Counted from the stretch's first letter, positions 14,317 to 28,244 are shown. The stretch is DNA of 64,000 nucleotides from Chrysomallon squamiferum (GCA_012295275.1 CM022668.1:15934001-15998000); one strand, 5' to 3'. Program-made: numbers and translations. Notes: a model not told the origin generated them from the letters alone.

Positions 14317-17300
14317 TTCATCTATTTGAATGGGAAATAGATTTAATTAACAATCATAATGATGATAAAATCAAATCAAGAAAAACAATTGTCTTCTGTA
14401 AATCAATTCACCTACAAGTCTAGTACCAGAAAGGTAGTATAGAGGTGCCAAGATTCTGAATCTAGTCATGCCATTCAGCCCACTCACTCAAGTACTCTTA
14501 AAAAGGTTTCATGTAAATTATGAATAAAAGTAAATCTGGGCAACTTAATGAAGGTTGTCAATAGAATTCTATTAGATTTTATACCTTTTTCAATAAAAAT
14601 TATAAATTGTTTATTGAAACCAAACTTTACATTAATCTTTTTAAAAAAACAACAACAAAAAAAACAACAACAACAACACAAATTAAATATATAAATAAAT
14701 AAATAATGTGAATGTGAGTTTTTAATCAAGTTTAATATATGCATGTTTTAAGTTGCTAAAAGTTGAAAATCTAGAAAATAATTATGATAATAATTAAAAT
14801 GACATCCATTTAGATTATCAAAACTAAAAACTAAAACGTATCCCAAATAATTAATAATAATTAAAAAAAAAAAAAATAAACATAAAATTATTTAAAATTA
14901 TTTATGAAATTTCTGTTTTAGAAGGAGAAAATTAAAAAGTATTATGCTGGGTTTTTTTTTTTTGTTTTTTAAAGTACTGAATAAACCTGGAATCCCCCGT
15001 AAAGCATGTTCTTGTGATTATCAATTTGGCTTGTTTATGTGACTTCCAGGCTGCATGGAACCAGCCATACGTTCCTTTCTTCATTTATCTTCCAGTTTTT
15101 TCCTTCTCATTATTGTAGAATTAACTGCCATGATTGGGATTTATCTTTTTCATTTTCTTAGTCACAGACAGTTAGGAGCCATTTTGTTCTTTTTTTTACA
15201 AGAACATGAAGAACTTTACAAAGAAAATAGTTTTTGTGACATTTTGTCTTTGACCTTTTATTTAGATACATATGGTTATTGGATTTGTGCTATACATATC
15301 ACTGAAATTTTAAATATATTTTATTATTATTTTGAAATATTTGTCAATAGCGTTGTTGTTAATTTTATCAAAAAGTAATTTTGAATTTATTTTATTATTT
15401 TAATTAATCACTGGAATCAAGGAGTAGTTTTTGAACATACGTTAAATAGTTGATCATCATTAACTATATTAATTTTTGGCATGTCTTTCATGACACAACT
15501 AATTATTTACTTAAATAAAAATCATTTCTTGTTTCTGTTTTTTTTAATAAAATATTCAACATATATAAAATAAATGAACTTAATCAAACACTGCAAATGA
15601 TTTGGAACTTCTCTTATTTGAAAAAAGAATCAGTTTAACTTTCAGTGATAGAGTTATTTGGGTGGGTATTGTTAAATTTTAGCAGATTTCTTTTAATGAA
15701 GCATCTTGAAATTGTCTGTTGAGGGTGTAATTTTATTGCTGAATAAGATGGAATCAACATTTCAATTTTGAAATATCTGTTACTCAACTTTCTCTGTGTG
15801 TGTACAAAAATTACCTCAGAGGTGAATCTTACTTTTAATACTGCAGACATTTAAGCATAATTTCATTCCATTCTTTCTGAAATGAGTCTTAATCTTATGG
15901 GATTTGTTTAACATTCAGAGAAGATAATCAAATAATGATTTTTGTCAGGGCTTTTCTTCCAAGAGGCATTAATAATCTTAACACACTTGATTTTACTTAA
16001 TACCAAATAGTTCAAAATTTATTAAAAATTTGATTATTACACCAAGATTTGTAAAGAAAACTGACTTCCAGATGATTCTGAAAAGATAATTCTGTTTTGT
16101 TTAACTTGTGCACAGACAAGATTTAATAAACTACTGAAAATAAAAATTCTTTTGATCTGATGTTAATTAATAAAAGTTAAATTGCTGACAAACCTGTTTA
16201 ATTTATTTAATAAATAATATCTTTTTTCTTTTTTTTTTGTTGTTTTTTTGGAGCTGAAAAATAAAATGAAACTACAGGGAATAAGAATTATTAATTTTAA
16301 GTTAAACATTATGAACGAGTCATAACTGATCTCAAAATTAAAGGTAGAAAATAAAAATTATTACTTTTGAGTTGTATTTCTGGTTTTATGGAACTCTTTA
16401 TTCTGCTGAATAAAACTTTGCTTTTCAAAAAATACCATTGCTAGGACAAGACATTTTAAAATTGAAAATTAGAGGAGTTTCTGTTAAGAATAAGTTTTGT
16501 TTATTCTATTTTTTATAAAGGTGTTCATACTGACAAAGAAACAATCATATGCCAGAACAGAAATCAAATTAAAACTTTCTGAGAAATATGGTTACAACTT
16601 TCGAGTTACATATATTTGGAAGAGACATACTCTTAGTTTAAGACATTATTGTCATGAAACCCATTTTGGAATAATAGTTGAGACTTTTTGTGTTTGTATA
16701 TTCTGATGGATAACACCACTTAGAAATATAAAAAAATTTATCACGATTTTTACTGAGAATAATACTTTAAAGATCATAAAGTTTCAGCAGTATATTCTCG
16801 TGGAACTGTTTACAAAGAAATATAACTTTTTAAAAACGAATTATCAGTCTTGGTCCACGGCTTAGCAGGGGATTACAGGAACCAGCGACTTATAAACAGC
16901 TGTGCATGGTCATAGAAATTATTGTACTGGGAAGGCAATCTCAAAATATTGTTTAGGTTTTTCGATAGGGCTGGCCATTGTACTGTCACACTGCAAGAAG
17001 GAAAAGAAACAAGTTCGTATGAAGACCTCTCCAGTTGAAACTAACGACTGCTGATGAATGGTGTTCAACAGAGTATAAATGCAATTGTCATGCCGTGAAT
17101 AGACGGCTTTCTTTCGGCTTCCATGGTGAATTTGTGATCACTGAAAGAACTGGCTTAGACTCTGTGTTGTTTGTATGCACAGTTGGGTGTTATTGTTGTT
17201 TTGATTTACAGTGGGAATGTCCGCCAATGGAAGCCAGCATGTGAATGATACTGCAGAGCTTAAACGACACCTCGAATGAGGCGGGTGTCAACCAATGCAA

Positions 17301-18086
17301 ATCGGAGGAGATGTTTATTTGCTTTTGTACGTGCGGATTTGATTGAGCAAACCTTCCGACTTCGTACGCATGATTAAGTGAGATTTTCCAGCTCTGAAGT
17401 GAGGTACGTTTTTCCAATTAAAAACTTTGCAAGTAATTACACGATCAGATGTGAGAGGACAGTTCACTGACACACTTAGTAAATGATTGTAATAGAAAAT
17501 ATTCGTATGAATTAAGGAACTGTTTTACAAAGCAGACACAGTGAGCCACGTTTATGTACTAATTTGATTGCATCTTAGAATGATAAGGTAGGAAGTTGAT
17601 GTATTGTTTTGAAATTAGAAACTATCTTTGATCAATAAGTGTTTATGAATATATACACACTTTGTGCTTTTTTATTTTAAAAAATAATTATCTTAAAATG
17701 TGAAGAAATAATCTTTTGTTTTCTTTACAGATAAAAAAAAATATAACTTGAATATAATATAAAATATTATTAGTAATACACCTTTTTTAATATTTGTATT
17801 ATAATTATTTTCTGAAATATATACATATATGTTTCCTGTTATTTTTTTTCTGATTAATTTGCTGTGATGTAAGTCATACAAGAATGTACAACAAATATTG
17901 TTTTTATTCTTTCTTTTAATTTTTAATTTTTTAATTTTTTTTCTTAAATTAATCCTTAAATAATATTCATGACTTGTAAAATGCAGATATAGTTTTAAAA
18001 AAAAAAATACAGTTTGCAAAATTTTTTCATGTTTAGGCATGTTTATTAGTATTTATGAGCTTTGTTATTTGTATGTGTATGTGAAC

Positions 18087-18148
<62 letters not shown>

Positions 18149-18737
18149 TGAATAAATCAAGGTTTATTTTTATGTGTGTTTCTTTGAAAAAAAAATATAT
18201 ATATATATGAGCATTTGTTAAGGACCTTCTATATATTTTTCTCCAAGTAAAAAGAACCAATGATCAATTTAATTAACATTCATTTTTGCTTGTATTTATT
18301 CATTGTTATTAAACTTAAGTTTTTAATATACAAAGATAAGCAGAAAAGAATACCAATAATGCTAAAAGAAGGTAATTTTATAACAATATTATTAAGAATG
18401 TATCATTTACATAATATAATATTCCTGTTAAAGAAAGATATTTTATAATGTGTTAATATTGTATATTTACTGTACAGCTTAATCTGAAAGACAGTAATTT
18501 TGTACTGGTATTATTAAAAATGTATCATATGCTGATAACACGTAAAAAAAAAAGGGTAATTTTATAACAGTAATATTAAAAAATAAATCAAGTACAACAG
18601 ATCTGATTTTAGTTATAAGAAATCTGAAATACATTGACGCCAATTTATTCAGATGTTTGCCATCTGTGCGTCTGATGAACAACTGTAAAAATAGATCCAT
18701 GGACTTGAGGATTATTTTCTACCCTTGGTTTAATTAG

Positions 18738-18846
18738 AAATACTTCACCATATGGACTAGGTTCAAGAGGCTGCCAGCCCAGAGTACTCGAGGCAAAGGA
18801 TTTCTGTTACTTTTGTTGTATTTTGCACACCTGGTCTTATGCCTGG
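18738..18846 (+). CDS. ACVR1: Probable signal-peptide exon of the ACVR1/ALK2-like receptor (start codon unresolved)
   Basis: Frame KYFTIWTRFKRLPAQSTRGKGFLLLLLYFAHLVLCL has a basic n-region and a hydrophobic h-region and ends at a phase-1 G|GTAACT donor compatible with the phase-1 exon at 19796; in-frame ATGs at 18675 and 18699 are cut off by TAG at 18735. Confidence 0.45.
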
Positions 18847-19795
18847 GTAACTGGTCTGCTTGTTAAGGTACTTCACATCTAGAGTATTATACCTGGTTGC
18901 CATGGGAAACTTGTTGTTATACAACATTTTGTTGGATGAATTTGGGACTGTAAATACTTTGGGTGAGAAAAGAGGTTTTCACATTAAAATATTTGATTTA
19001 CAGTTTGATTTACAGTTTGATTTACAGTTTGATTTGCATTTTGAACTGTCATTAAGCAGTGTGGATTTTTGGTGCTCAGTGGAACTTGTACATTTTTCGA
19101 ACTTGCTGTGAATATTTCCAGATATTTTTATTCTGTGATATTATAAGGTCTTGTTAGTTTTGTCTTAATTGTAAAATAATCATGAATTTAAGCATTGGGG
19201 TTTGTCATGATTTTAGTTGTATGCTTTTGTTTGGTTTATATGCAAGCATGTTGGTTTTTTGGATAACTAATAATACTGACTGCCTTCTAACTTGGTTCAG
19301 TTATGACCTTAGTATTTATCAGTGCATGTGTATGTGTATGTGCATCACTGTGTGTGTACTTGTGTACACATACACACACATGACAGTATAACAAAGCAGT
19401 TTTATTGATACCTTTGTCATGAAGTAATTTGATCATACAAAAAAATATATAACTAAATAAATAAACAAATAATAATAATAATAATAAATTAAAATAAAAT
19501 AAATTAATATAATCATTAATAGACTGAGAGGTTTGATAATATTGCTATGTTTTATTAATTATCTGTGAAATGATATGAAATAATATACAGCCTCCATGCT
19601 TTCAACTAGTGTCATTTCATTATTATTTATTATTCGTAAAGGTTGGTATCAACAGGGAGCAACACTTGAAAAAATGTCAGTTCATGTAACCAAAGATATT
19701 TAAAGCATTCACTCACACACATATATTTTCATTTCTTTCAGTTATTTAATCAATTCCACACCAGCTCCTTAATGTTCTTTCATTTTATTTTTCAG

Positions 19796-19849
19796 AAATG
19801 GCACCAAAAAGTGATGCTGTAGCCAACATAACTGTTGGACATGACCAAA
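19796..19849 (+). CDS. ACVR1: ACVR1-like receptor, small ectodomain exon (xMAPKSDAVANITVGHDQ)
   Basis: ttttatttttcAG acceptor, A|GTAAGT donor, 54 nt, phase 1/1, open and in frame with the exon at 25267. Confidence 0.6.
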
Positions 19850-20212
19850 GTAAGTTTTTAATTTTAAAGATACAGTGAAACTTCTCCAACATAGGTCCTA
19901 AATAAACTGAAATTTCCTCAAAAGTGAACAATAACTGCATTTTCATGATTTATCAAGAATTTAATTGTAAAACTCTGTTAAAAACTTTCTTTTTTATGGT
20001 TCTGACACTGGTCTGGTTTTGGGAAGTTCCACTGTCTCTAGATTTGGTTTGATACTTGCAGTCAACTAGTAATTGTACTTTCATGCTTCTGGTAGCATTG
20101 ACATAGTTTTCATCTTTAAGTCACTTTGTGTGTTTATGGAAAGATTGAATCATATGCTGATGATGGATAAAAGTTTGGTCAATTGCAGCCATCTTGCTGA
20201 AGTTAGAATATC

Positions 20213-20267
<55 letters not shown>

Positions 20268-20692
20268 TATTATTATTATCTTTTTTTTTTTTTTGTTGTT
20301 ATTATTAGTATAATTTAAACTATTTAAATTAATCCATGAATATCATGTGTATATTAAAGTTATAACACTTGCTAGTGATTCAGATTTTTGTCAAATGAAG
20401 TTAGAGGGGTTTTTTTAGTTCAGTTTAACTAACTATGTAACCAGTTTTTTTTTAAATATTTTATTTATTTATTAATTTATTTATTTTTGTACAGCCATAA
20501 TAAATCAGTTATCATTACATAGTTCATTCTGAGATGGGTAGGCAGGTGTTAGTAGTTTTGTTATTTATATGTTTGAGTTTTGTTGTTGATTTGGAGAATA
20601 TTGTTTTGAACACAGTGTGAATGAATTAATACAGTTGAGATATTGATAATGAAGCATGATTTAGAGTATTTTAATGTTAAAATGCCTGTGTA

Positions 20693-20741
<49 letters not shown>

Positions 20742-23229
20742 GAGAGAGTGAGTGAGTGAGTGAGTGAGTGAGTAAGTATAAGTATTCTGTTGCTACCAAA
20801 TGTAAAAATATGCTGATTCAGACTATTTCATTTCTATCTTTTTCTTTGAAAAGAAGAAAATCTTGACAAAAAAAAGACCAAACATTCCTCATTTTAAAAA
20901 CTGCAGAACAATGTTAAGCTCATTTCGAGTCGTCGTGCGCCAGCCAGGCAGGCAGATGCATTTGTGATTCTGGGGAAACTCGACGACTGCATTATCAGTT
21001 TTTGTTTCTGTTTGATAGCCTGCGCTACCTGACATTTCCCTCCACAGGGATGTTTGTCTAGTCTGATGTCTGAATGCCTAACAAGACGAACCTCGGGAGA
21101 AAGAGTCGTGTTAATTGGGAGCAGCCCCAGACCTCCGTACACACAAATGATCAAACCATACTGCTTGATAGCTGGCAGAAGTGCACATGCTGAATCTGCA
21201 GGTGTGTTTTATACGTCTAATTGATAGAACATCTGACGACAGGCGTGCTAAATCGTTTCTCCCAATTTGAGCCAAACTGAGCCGTCAGTCTACCGAACCT
21301 GTTAAATGCTCGACAATTGGTTGTGAAATTAACAGTAAATATATACATATCTGTATAATGAGGTTTTTTTTTAAATAATGCCAATATATATATATATATA
21401 TATTTGCCTCAGGTTGAGAGAAATATGTAACTGATACATTTCAAATCTTCCATGCCTGAAGGTCTTTTGAGTACTGTGTATATACATCTACTTCAAGTTG
21501 ACAGAAATCTGTATTTGATATGTTCACATTTTCCATGCCAAAAGGTCTATTAAATAATGTGAATATATATCTGTTGAGAGAAATATATAATTTGTATGTT
21601 CAAATTTTCCATACTTAATTTTTGTGGGTGGCTTTTGTGATGTTAAATTAATAGTAAATACATAAAAATCTATACAATCAGATATTTTAAGTATGTGGAT
21701 TTAAGCTTGAGGTTTTCAGATTATATATATATATATCTGTATAAATTCATGTGCAAATTCTGGAGTAATGTAAAATTAACAGTAAGTATATAAGTATCTA
21801 TAAGTAATCAGGTGTTCTAAGTATTTGAGATGGATGGATTTATGTCTGAAGTTGACAGAAGTAAATACAGATTCCAGACCATTTAATAGGTTCGAGATAA
21901 GTTGCTTTAGAAGAGTCTGCTGCCTCCATTTAATTTGCAGTTAATATCAGATACTTAATTATTTCATAGCTGTATTTCGAGCCTGAGTGCACCAAAATAA
22001 ATTAATTAATTAATGAAATTAAATTAAACTAAATATCTGCACACACTGTTAAAATAAATATGTGGAAGCTCAGATTAAAAACAAAAAAGTAGTGGTAAAC
22101 TGAATACATGTATATGCAAGCTGTTTTTTCAGTAATACCACAGTGCATACAAAACAAATGAAAACGCACGCCCATGAAAACAAAACAAATAAATACTACT
22201 TTATTTAACAGTGTTGTAACTAATATGAAAGGAAAAATAACATGTTCAAATAAAAGCAAAAAGTGCAAGCAGACAAATAAGTGTAGTCTTTTATTCATTT
22301 CAGCAACTGTGTTTTGAAAACTTTAATTAACGTTGTTTTAACATTTAGGAGGAATGTGAGGACCTGGCTCATATTTTACAGTTGATTGGTGATCTCCTGT
22401 GTTTTTTTTTTTTTTTTTTTTAAAACCTTTTAATTAAGAGTGTTGTAAGTAACATTTGAAAGGTGTGATAAACCTGTTACACAACACAGATTTGTGACAG
22501 ATGTCGGTTTCACACCAGGGGGCAGCTTTAAGGAACATTTTGAGAAAAGGTGAGAAAAAAAAAGAAAAGAAGAAAAGAATCTTAATCCTTGAATTGTATG
22601 CAAACACACCAGTTGCTTGTTGTGGTTCACTGCCTGTACAGAGAGCGGTTCATGCATCAGTGATGAATAAGAATAAAAGATGCTGGGGAGAGGTGAAAGA
22701 AAATATCTATATCAACAAGAAACAAACACAAAGAAAAAAAAAGAGTGTAAATAATTTTTTGTTTGTTGATTTATAGTTAAATAATTGGGTTAAAATGGCT
22801 TTTTCATGAACAGTTCATAACGAGCAGGAATCAGTTTGTGCTCACTTACAGTATGGTTTATTTATCACCTCAGCAGTACCCAGTGAAACAGTAACTGTAG
22901 CTGCGTGCTTTGCTTTCTGTATATATATGTAAGATAATAGATAATGACAGTCTGTGGTATCCTGATACTTCTCATCAAACTATAAAAGTCATGTTTCTGA
23001 AACTGATGACCATCATTATAAAATAAGACAGCTGTTGTTAATCAGATATATTCATTAACAGCCCATTAGTAAATACTGTTTATTTTCTACTTTTGGTCAA
23101 GTTTTATTTTATGGTTTCATTAACTGTACTGTAACTCAGTCCATGTTTAAAAAGGAATCTTTAAAGTTTTTACTTATTAAGGAATTTAAGGTCTTTTGTA
23201 ACACTTGGTATTTTTACTACTACAAAACA

Positions 23230-23380
23230 TAACCCTAATTCTATTTAATTTGGACTGCTATAACCCTAATTCTGTTTAATATAGACTGCTATAATCCTAG
23301 TTCTATTTAATATAGACTGCTATAACCCTAGTTCTATTTAATATAGACTGCTATAACCCTAATTCTGTTTAATATGGATT
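23230..23380. repeat. 31-bp minisatellite, ~5 copies (taaccctaattctatttaatatagactgcta)
   Basis: Unit recurs at 31-nt spacing (aaccc at 23231, 23262, ...). Confidence 0.85.
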
Positions 23381-23653
23381 CTATTTAATAAGGATGTCTA
23401 TAATACAGGTTCTGTTTTGTTAGGATTATTGTATGACTGTTCAATAATAGTTTTTATTAGGACTTCTGTAAAGCTGTATTCTGTTTTGACCTTACTATTT
23501 TGTAAGTGTTGTAATTCTATTTAATATAATTGCACAACTTTAAGGAAATGTATAATACAGTTTTCTAAGGCCCCTTTAAGACTGATTTAATTTGAGTGTG
23601 GTGTGAAAATGTGATTTGGAAAACACCAAATGTTGCTCCCAGTCTGACTGATT

Positions 23654-23686
<33 letters not shown>

Positions 23687-24019
23687 TGGGAATTCCATAC
23701 TCTGTAATTGGCTACTATCAAAGCAAACCAGCTGTCACTGGAAACTCTCCAGAACCAATAAGGGAGATAACTTTGTATTTAATGAGAGCCATACATTTGT
23801 CAAGGTGAAATAATGATTCCATTCCAGACAATTTGAACATGCTTCAACATTTTCTCCCATTTTCCTTTCTTTTTTTTTAAATACTCTTTTTTTAACTGTT
23901 GATCTCACAAAGTGAGTTAATGATATTAGACAGACAGACAGACATTAAACACTGGGAGTGGTGATGTTCATTATCAAGTTTTTCATTTGACTATTTCATA
24001 TTGTTAAGTGATGTAAAAA

Positions 24020-24260
24020 TAGGAAGAAAATGTTAATTTTATTCTCAATGACACATTAAGACATACGGGTCACATGTCACTCATATAACACGATAAACAA
24101 AGTCACTGCCACCATTAGTGCTCGTAGGACAGTACATACCACAGCCTTTGTAACACAAGTTGTTGAGAAATGGCTGTAAGAAGAACTAGCTCAAAATATC
24201 CACTGTGACAGATCAATGTAGTACCTCACCATTCCTTCACACACTATCACTGAACTTCTC
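24020..24260 (-). mobile_element. Degenerate SINE-like copy in an ACVR1 intron
   Basis: ggacagtacataccacagcctttgtaacacaagttgttgagaaatggctg...tagctcaa...tccac resembles the reverse complement of the SINE at 8778 (recognised from memory). Confidence 0.5.
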
Positions 24261-24541
24261 CAGCTTCCAGCATACAACTTAAAAGCATTTGATGAGAGAA
24301 CAAAGTAAGAAGTATGGAAAATATATATAGCATTGGGTAACTAAGGCAAAAGAATATAAATGTTGACAGAAGTAAAGCAGTTTGTGTGTGTCCTTTCATC
24401 TGGATTTTCTTGTCATGTCTTTAAAGCTATTGAATAATATGTCACTGAGCTGGAATAAAATGTTTTTTTTAATGTGAAGGATGTTTTTAATTCTAAATGT
24501 AATTTTGTTTTTAATAAAGGTTTTTTAATAATTATTTTTTT

Positions 24542-24582
<41 letters not shown>

Positions 24583-25266
24583 AAGATAAATTGAATTATG
24601 GCATCTATCAAAAAACTCAGTGTTTAATTAAATCGGTTTGAACAGAAATCTTTTAGATTAATGGTTTATGTTAGCTGTCTGATGAAATTAACACTTACAA
24701 AATATCAGAAAGGTTAATCCTGTTTTCTTACTTTTGTTTGTAAGAATCTCGATTTAGGGATACATAAGATCTTATTATCAGAAGCAGGGTGATATTAGAA
24801 TTTAGTTTTATCTATACATTTCGTACATGTTGAAATGAAAAAGAATCGAAAATTATAATGATGTAATCAATCAAAATATTCTGATCATTCTCATTTATTA
24901 ATTACACTAATTTCTTAATAGCTGTTAAAAGGATAAATTCATGTTTCTTTCACTGCATGTAAGATTCTAAGAGTGCAGAATTAACATGGATGATTCAAAA
25001 AGGTCATAATTCAAATCCAAATCAGAAAAGGTTTAGAGTTTTTAAATTTCAGAAATATGATGATTTTAAATTCAAACCTGCCTGCTTAAATACATTTTTT
25101 GTGTGCCTGTATTCAGGAGTACGTTAATTTAAATATTCAAACTAGGTTCATTTTTAAACATTTTCAGAAATGTGACAATTTTAAATTCAAACCTCTTTAC
25201 TTAAATAATATTATTGTGTCTGTAGATAAAACTGAGTTAATTTAAAATATTTTCTTTTATTTTCAG

Positions 25267-25373
25267 AAGTGCTACAGCACAATATGGACAGGCCAGAAAG
25301 CAGACCAGTAATCACATGTATCTGTGACCCACCCAAGTACTGTGAGGACAGATTCTGTAACACAACTGGCTCT
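25267..25373 (+). CDS. ACVR1: ACVR1-like receptor exon: start of the Cys-rich activin-receptor ectodomain
   Basis: tttcAG acceptor, GTGAGT donor; encodes (K)VLQHNMDRPESRPVITCICDPPKYCEDRFCNTTGS; phase 1 to 0. Confidence 0.88.
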
Positions 25374-25511
25374 GTGAGTACATACAGGATATCTGAAACC
25401 CTCAAAACACTCGAGTAATTTATTAAAGGAAATATGTTAAACATGATTCACTTTTTGGATGTCAAATATGTTAAACATGATTCCCTTTTTGTGTATGATG
25501 TCTTATAGCAG

Positions 25512-25641
25512 TTACACTTTGTAAATGATTCCTTACAAATCATTACACTTTCTACATGATTCTGTACAAATCATTACATTTTGTACACGATTCCTTACAA
25601 ATCATTACACTTTGTACACGATTCCTTACAAATCATTACAC
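25512..25641. repeat. 31-bp minisatellite, ~4 copies (cattacactttgtacacgattccttacaaat)
   Basis: cattac recurs at 25541, 25572, 25603 and 25634. Confidence 0.85.
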
Positions 25642-25698
25642 ATTTTTATTCCTTCATCTTATTGTTCCTTCATCTTTTTGTTCCGTGCTCTTTTCCAG

Positions 25699-25894
25699 TG
25701 TTTTGCTTATCGTGTTAAACAAGATGAAAACAAGCCGGACATTTTGAGGAAAGGCTGTTTCAAGGATCCGGAAAGTCGACAGATGAACTGTAACTTTGGA
25801 CAGAATCACTTGACGACAGGTGCCTGCTGTGACATTAGTCTTTGTAACAGAGACCTGAACCCTGTTTTTCTTCCTAAACAAGACTTTGGAACTG
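25699..25894 (+). CDS. ACVR1: ACVR1-like receptor exon: ectodomain with the CCxxxxCN cysteine box
   Basis: ttttccAG acceptor, G|GTAAAA donor; CFAYRV...KGCF...NC...GACCDISLCNRDLNP; 196 nt, phase 0 to 1. Confidence 0.93.
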
Positions 25895-26459
25895 GTAAAA
25901 TATTTCTTTATTCCTTTATTTTTTTTTAAAATTTTTATTTATTAATTATTATTGTTTAACAAGATGGTATTTTTGTATGCTCCATATCTCAGTAGTCAAA
26001 GGCTGAGCTTGTTCTGTAATTTTTCATGATTAGCCTAATTTCCAGTTCTAACCAAAGCTTATTAATTTGTTTTGTTCTGCTGAATTCATATTTACCATCA
26101 GTATCATAAGATAAATAAGATAAATATATTTTGTATACTCCATATAATAATTTTGTTGATTGCTGACAACTTAAATTTTCTAATAATAAAGTACGATGGA
26201 ATTGTAAACTGATATATAGACTGGAAAAAAAAATTTGTAAATAGAAATGAGAATTGACCTCAGCAGACTGAGGATAAAGTAAACTAGTAGTAATGAAAAG
26301 TATACTGTAGTCATTATTAAATATTTCTTTAAGTATTTATGGTTGTTTGGTCCAAATAAAGAAAAAGAAACATTGGTTGTTATTATAATATCGTTTATGT
26401 GTTTATTTTGCAAATACTAATTATATATTTATTTTATTTAATATTTTTTATATTTGATA

Positions 26460-26920
26460 ATTATTTACTTTTCATTTTCATAATTTTGTTTATTATTAAT
26501 ATTTACTGACTTGCTTACTTGAATCATTTATTTATTTATTATTTAATATTTAATTAACTACTTATTTACTTATTTATTTATTTATTTATTTACTTATTTA
26601 TTTTACCTGTTTTTTTATTTATTTACTTATTTATTTACTTATTTATTTATTTACTTATTTATTTGTTCATTTACTTAATTATTTACTTACTTATTTATTT
26701 GTTTATTTACTTATTTATTTGTTCATTTACTTAATTATTTACTTATTTATTTATTTATTTACTTATTTATTTGTTCATTTACTTAATTATTTACTTACTT
26801 ATTTATTTATTTATTTATTTGTTTGTTCATTTACTTAATTATTTACTTACTTATTTATTTATTTATTTATTTACTTATTTATTTGTTCATTTACCTATTT
26901 ATTTATTTATTTATTTATTT
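26460..26920. repeat. Low-complexity (TTTA/CTTA)n tract
   Basis: Long run of ttat/ttac tetranucleotides with a recurring ttgttcatttacttaattattt motif. Confidence 0.9.
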
Positions 26921-26931
26921 GTAAATTTCAG

Positions 26932-27146
26932 GACCTCTGTCGCCTGGTGCAGATCTCAAGTTCCAGATTCCGCTCATCATGGCCATTCTGCTCCCCATCA
27001 TCTGTGTTGTCATCATCATCCCCTGCATCGTTCTGCTGTGTCGCAGAATCCACAAGCGAAGAATGGACGCCCTGTTTGCACGAGAGCGAAGGTTACTCGA
27101 AGACGAAGGCATTCGAGCGTCACAAGTTGGTGACAACACTCTGCAG
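26932..27146 (+). CDS. ACVR1: ACVR1-like receptor exon: transmembrane helix and juxtamembrane region
   Basis: tttcAG acceptor, CAG|GTAAAT donor; IPLIMAILLPIICVVIIIPCIVLLC then RRIHKRR and ...VGDNTLQ; phase 1 to 0. Confidence 0.93.
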
Positions 27147-27221
27147 GTAAATCACCTTTATAAACAAAGTGCAGGTTTATGTTCAGTACAACTGCATGAG
27201 CAAGCACATAAAGCCTGGTAT

Positions 27222-27252
<31 letters not shown>

Positions 27253-28144
27253 ATAAGGTAATGGAACAGTTGAAATAAACAGCAAGAAGTCAGATTGGAA
27301 AAATAAAAAAAAAAATGTATATATGAAAATCAAACTAATTACTGTTAACTAATGCTGTTCATATATTTTATAAAGTAATAAAATGGTTGTTGGTGTGAGA
27401 GTTGTTATAGAAATCTCTCAGTTAAACATTTTCATGTCTGATAAAGAGTGACTAATATATATTATAGCATACAGGATTGTCTGTTCCTATAAAGGACATC
27501 AGGACCCCTGCACCCTTTATTTAATACTTGATATGTCATTAGATTGTAATAACACACAGTGGTGCTTTATATCAGGTTATATCTGCTTCATTATTTAATG
27601 TCACATACATTTTTGCTAAGCACTTTCCTGTTCACTGTATTTTATCATGTGTCGGATGTTAATAAATTGTTATAACTACTTTTGTTTTAACATTTTTTTT
27701 TTTACAAATATTTTCTCAGAGGCAGTGTATATCAGTTTATTGTTATTTAAAAGTTACACAAGTTTAATACATGTTTTAATATTTTATCATTTTTCAAAGC
27801 CTAACAAGATATTTAGTGAAATAAAACTTTTCTGTATATGGATTTTTTTTTTTTTATTTTAAAATGCTAAGAAAATGTGATAACTGTATTGTGACATTTG
27901 CATTAATATTTTCCCATTTATAGTATTTTTATTATCTTTCAAATGTTAAATAAGTATGATAACTATTTTGTGACATTTAATACTTTTGAATTTGTAGTAT
28001 TTTTTTAAATATCTTTCAAAGGCTAAGAAAATATGATGACTAATAATAACTGTTTTGTGACAGAGATTTACAATCACTTTCCTCATACATAAACGGGACA
28101 GTATTTTCCAGTTTGTCGCATTTTTAACATTTGTGTTGTTTCAG

Positions 28145-28244
28145 GAGCTGTATGATTCCTCAGTAACATCAGGAAGTGGATCTGGTTTACCATTTCTAGT
28201 CCAGCAGACAGTAGCGCGACAAGTGAGACTGGATGAATGTATAG
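28145..28244 (+). CDS. ACVR1: ACVR1-like receptor exon: GS domain
   Basis: [33 protein letters not shown](G); 100 nt, canonical splice sites, phase 0 to 1. Confidence 0.97.
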
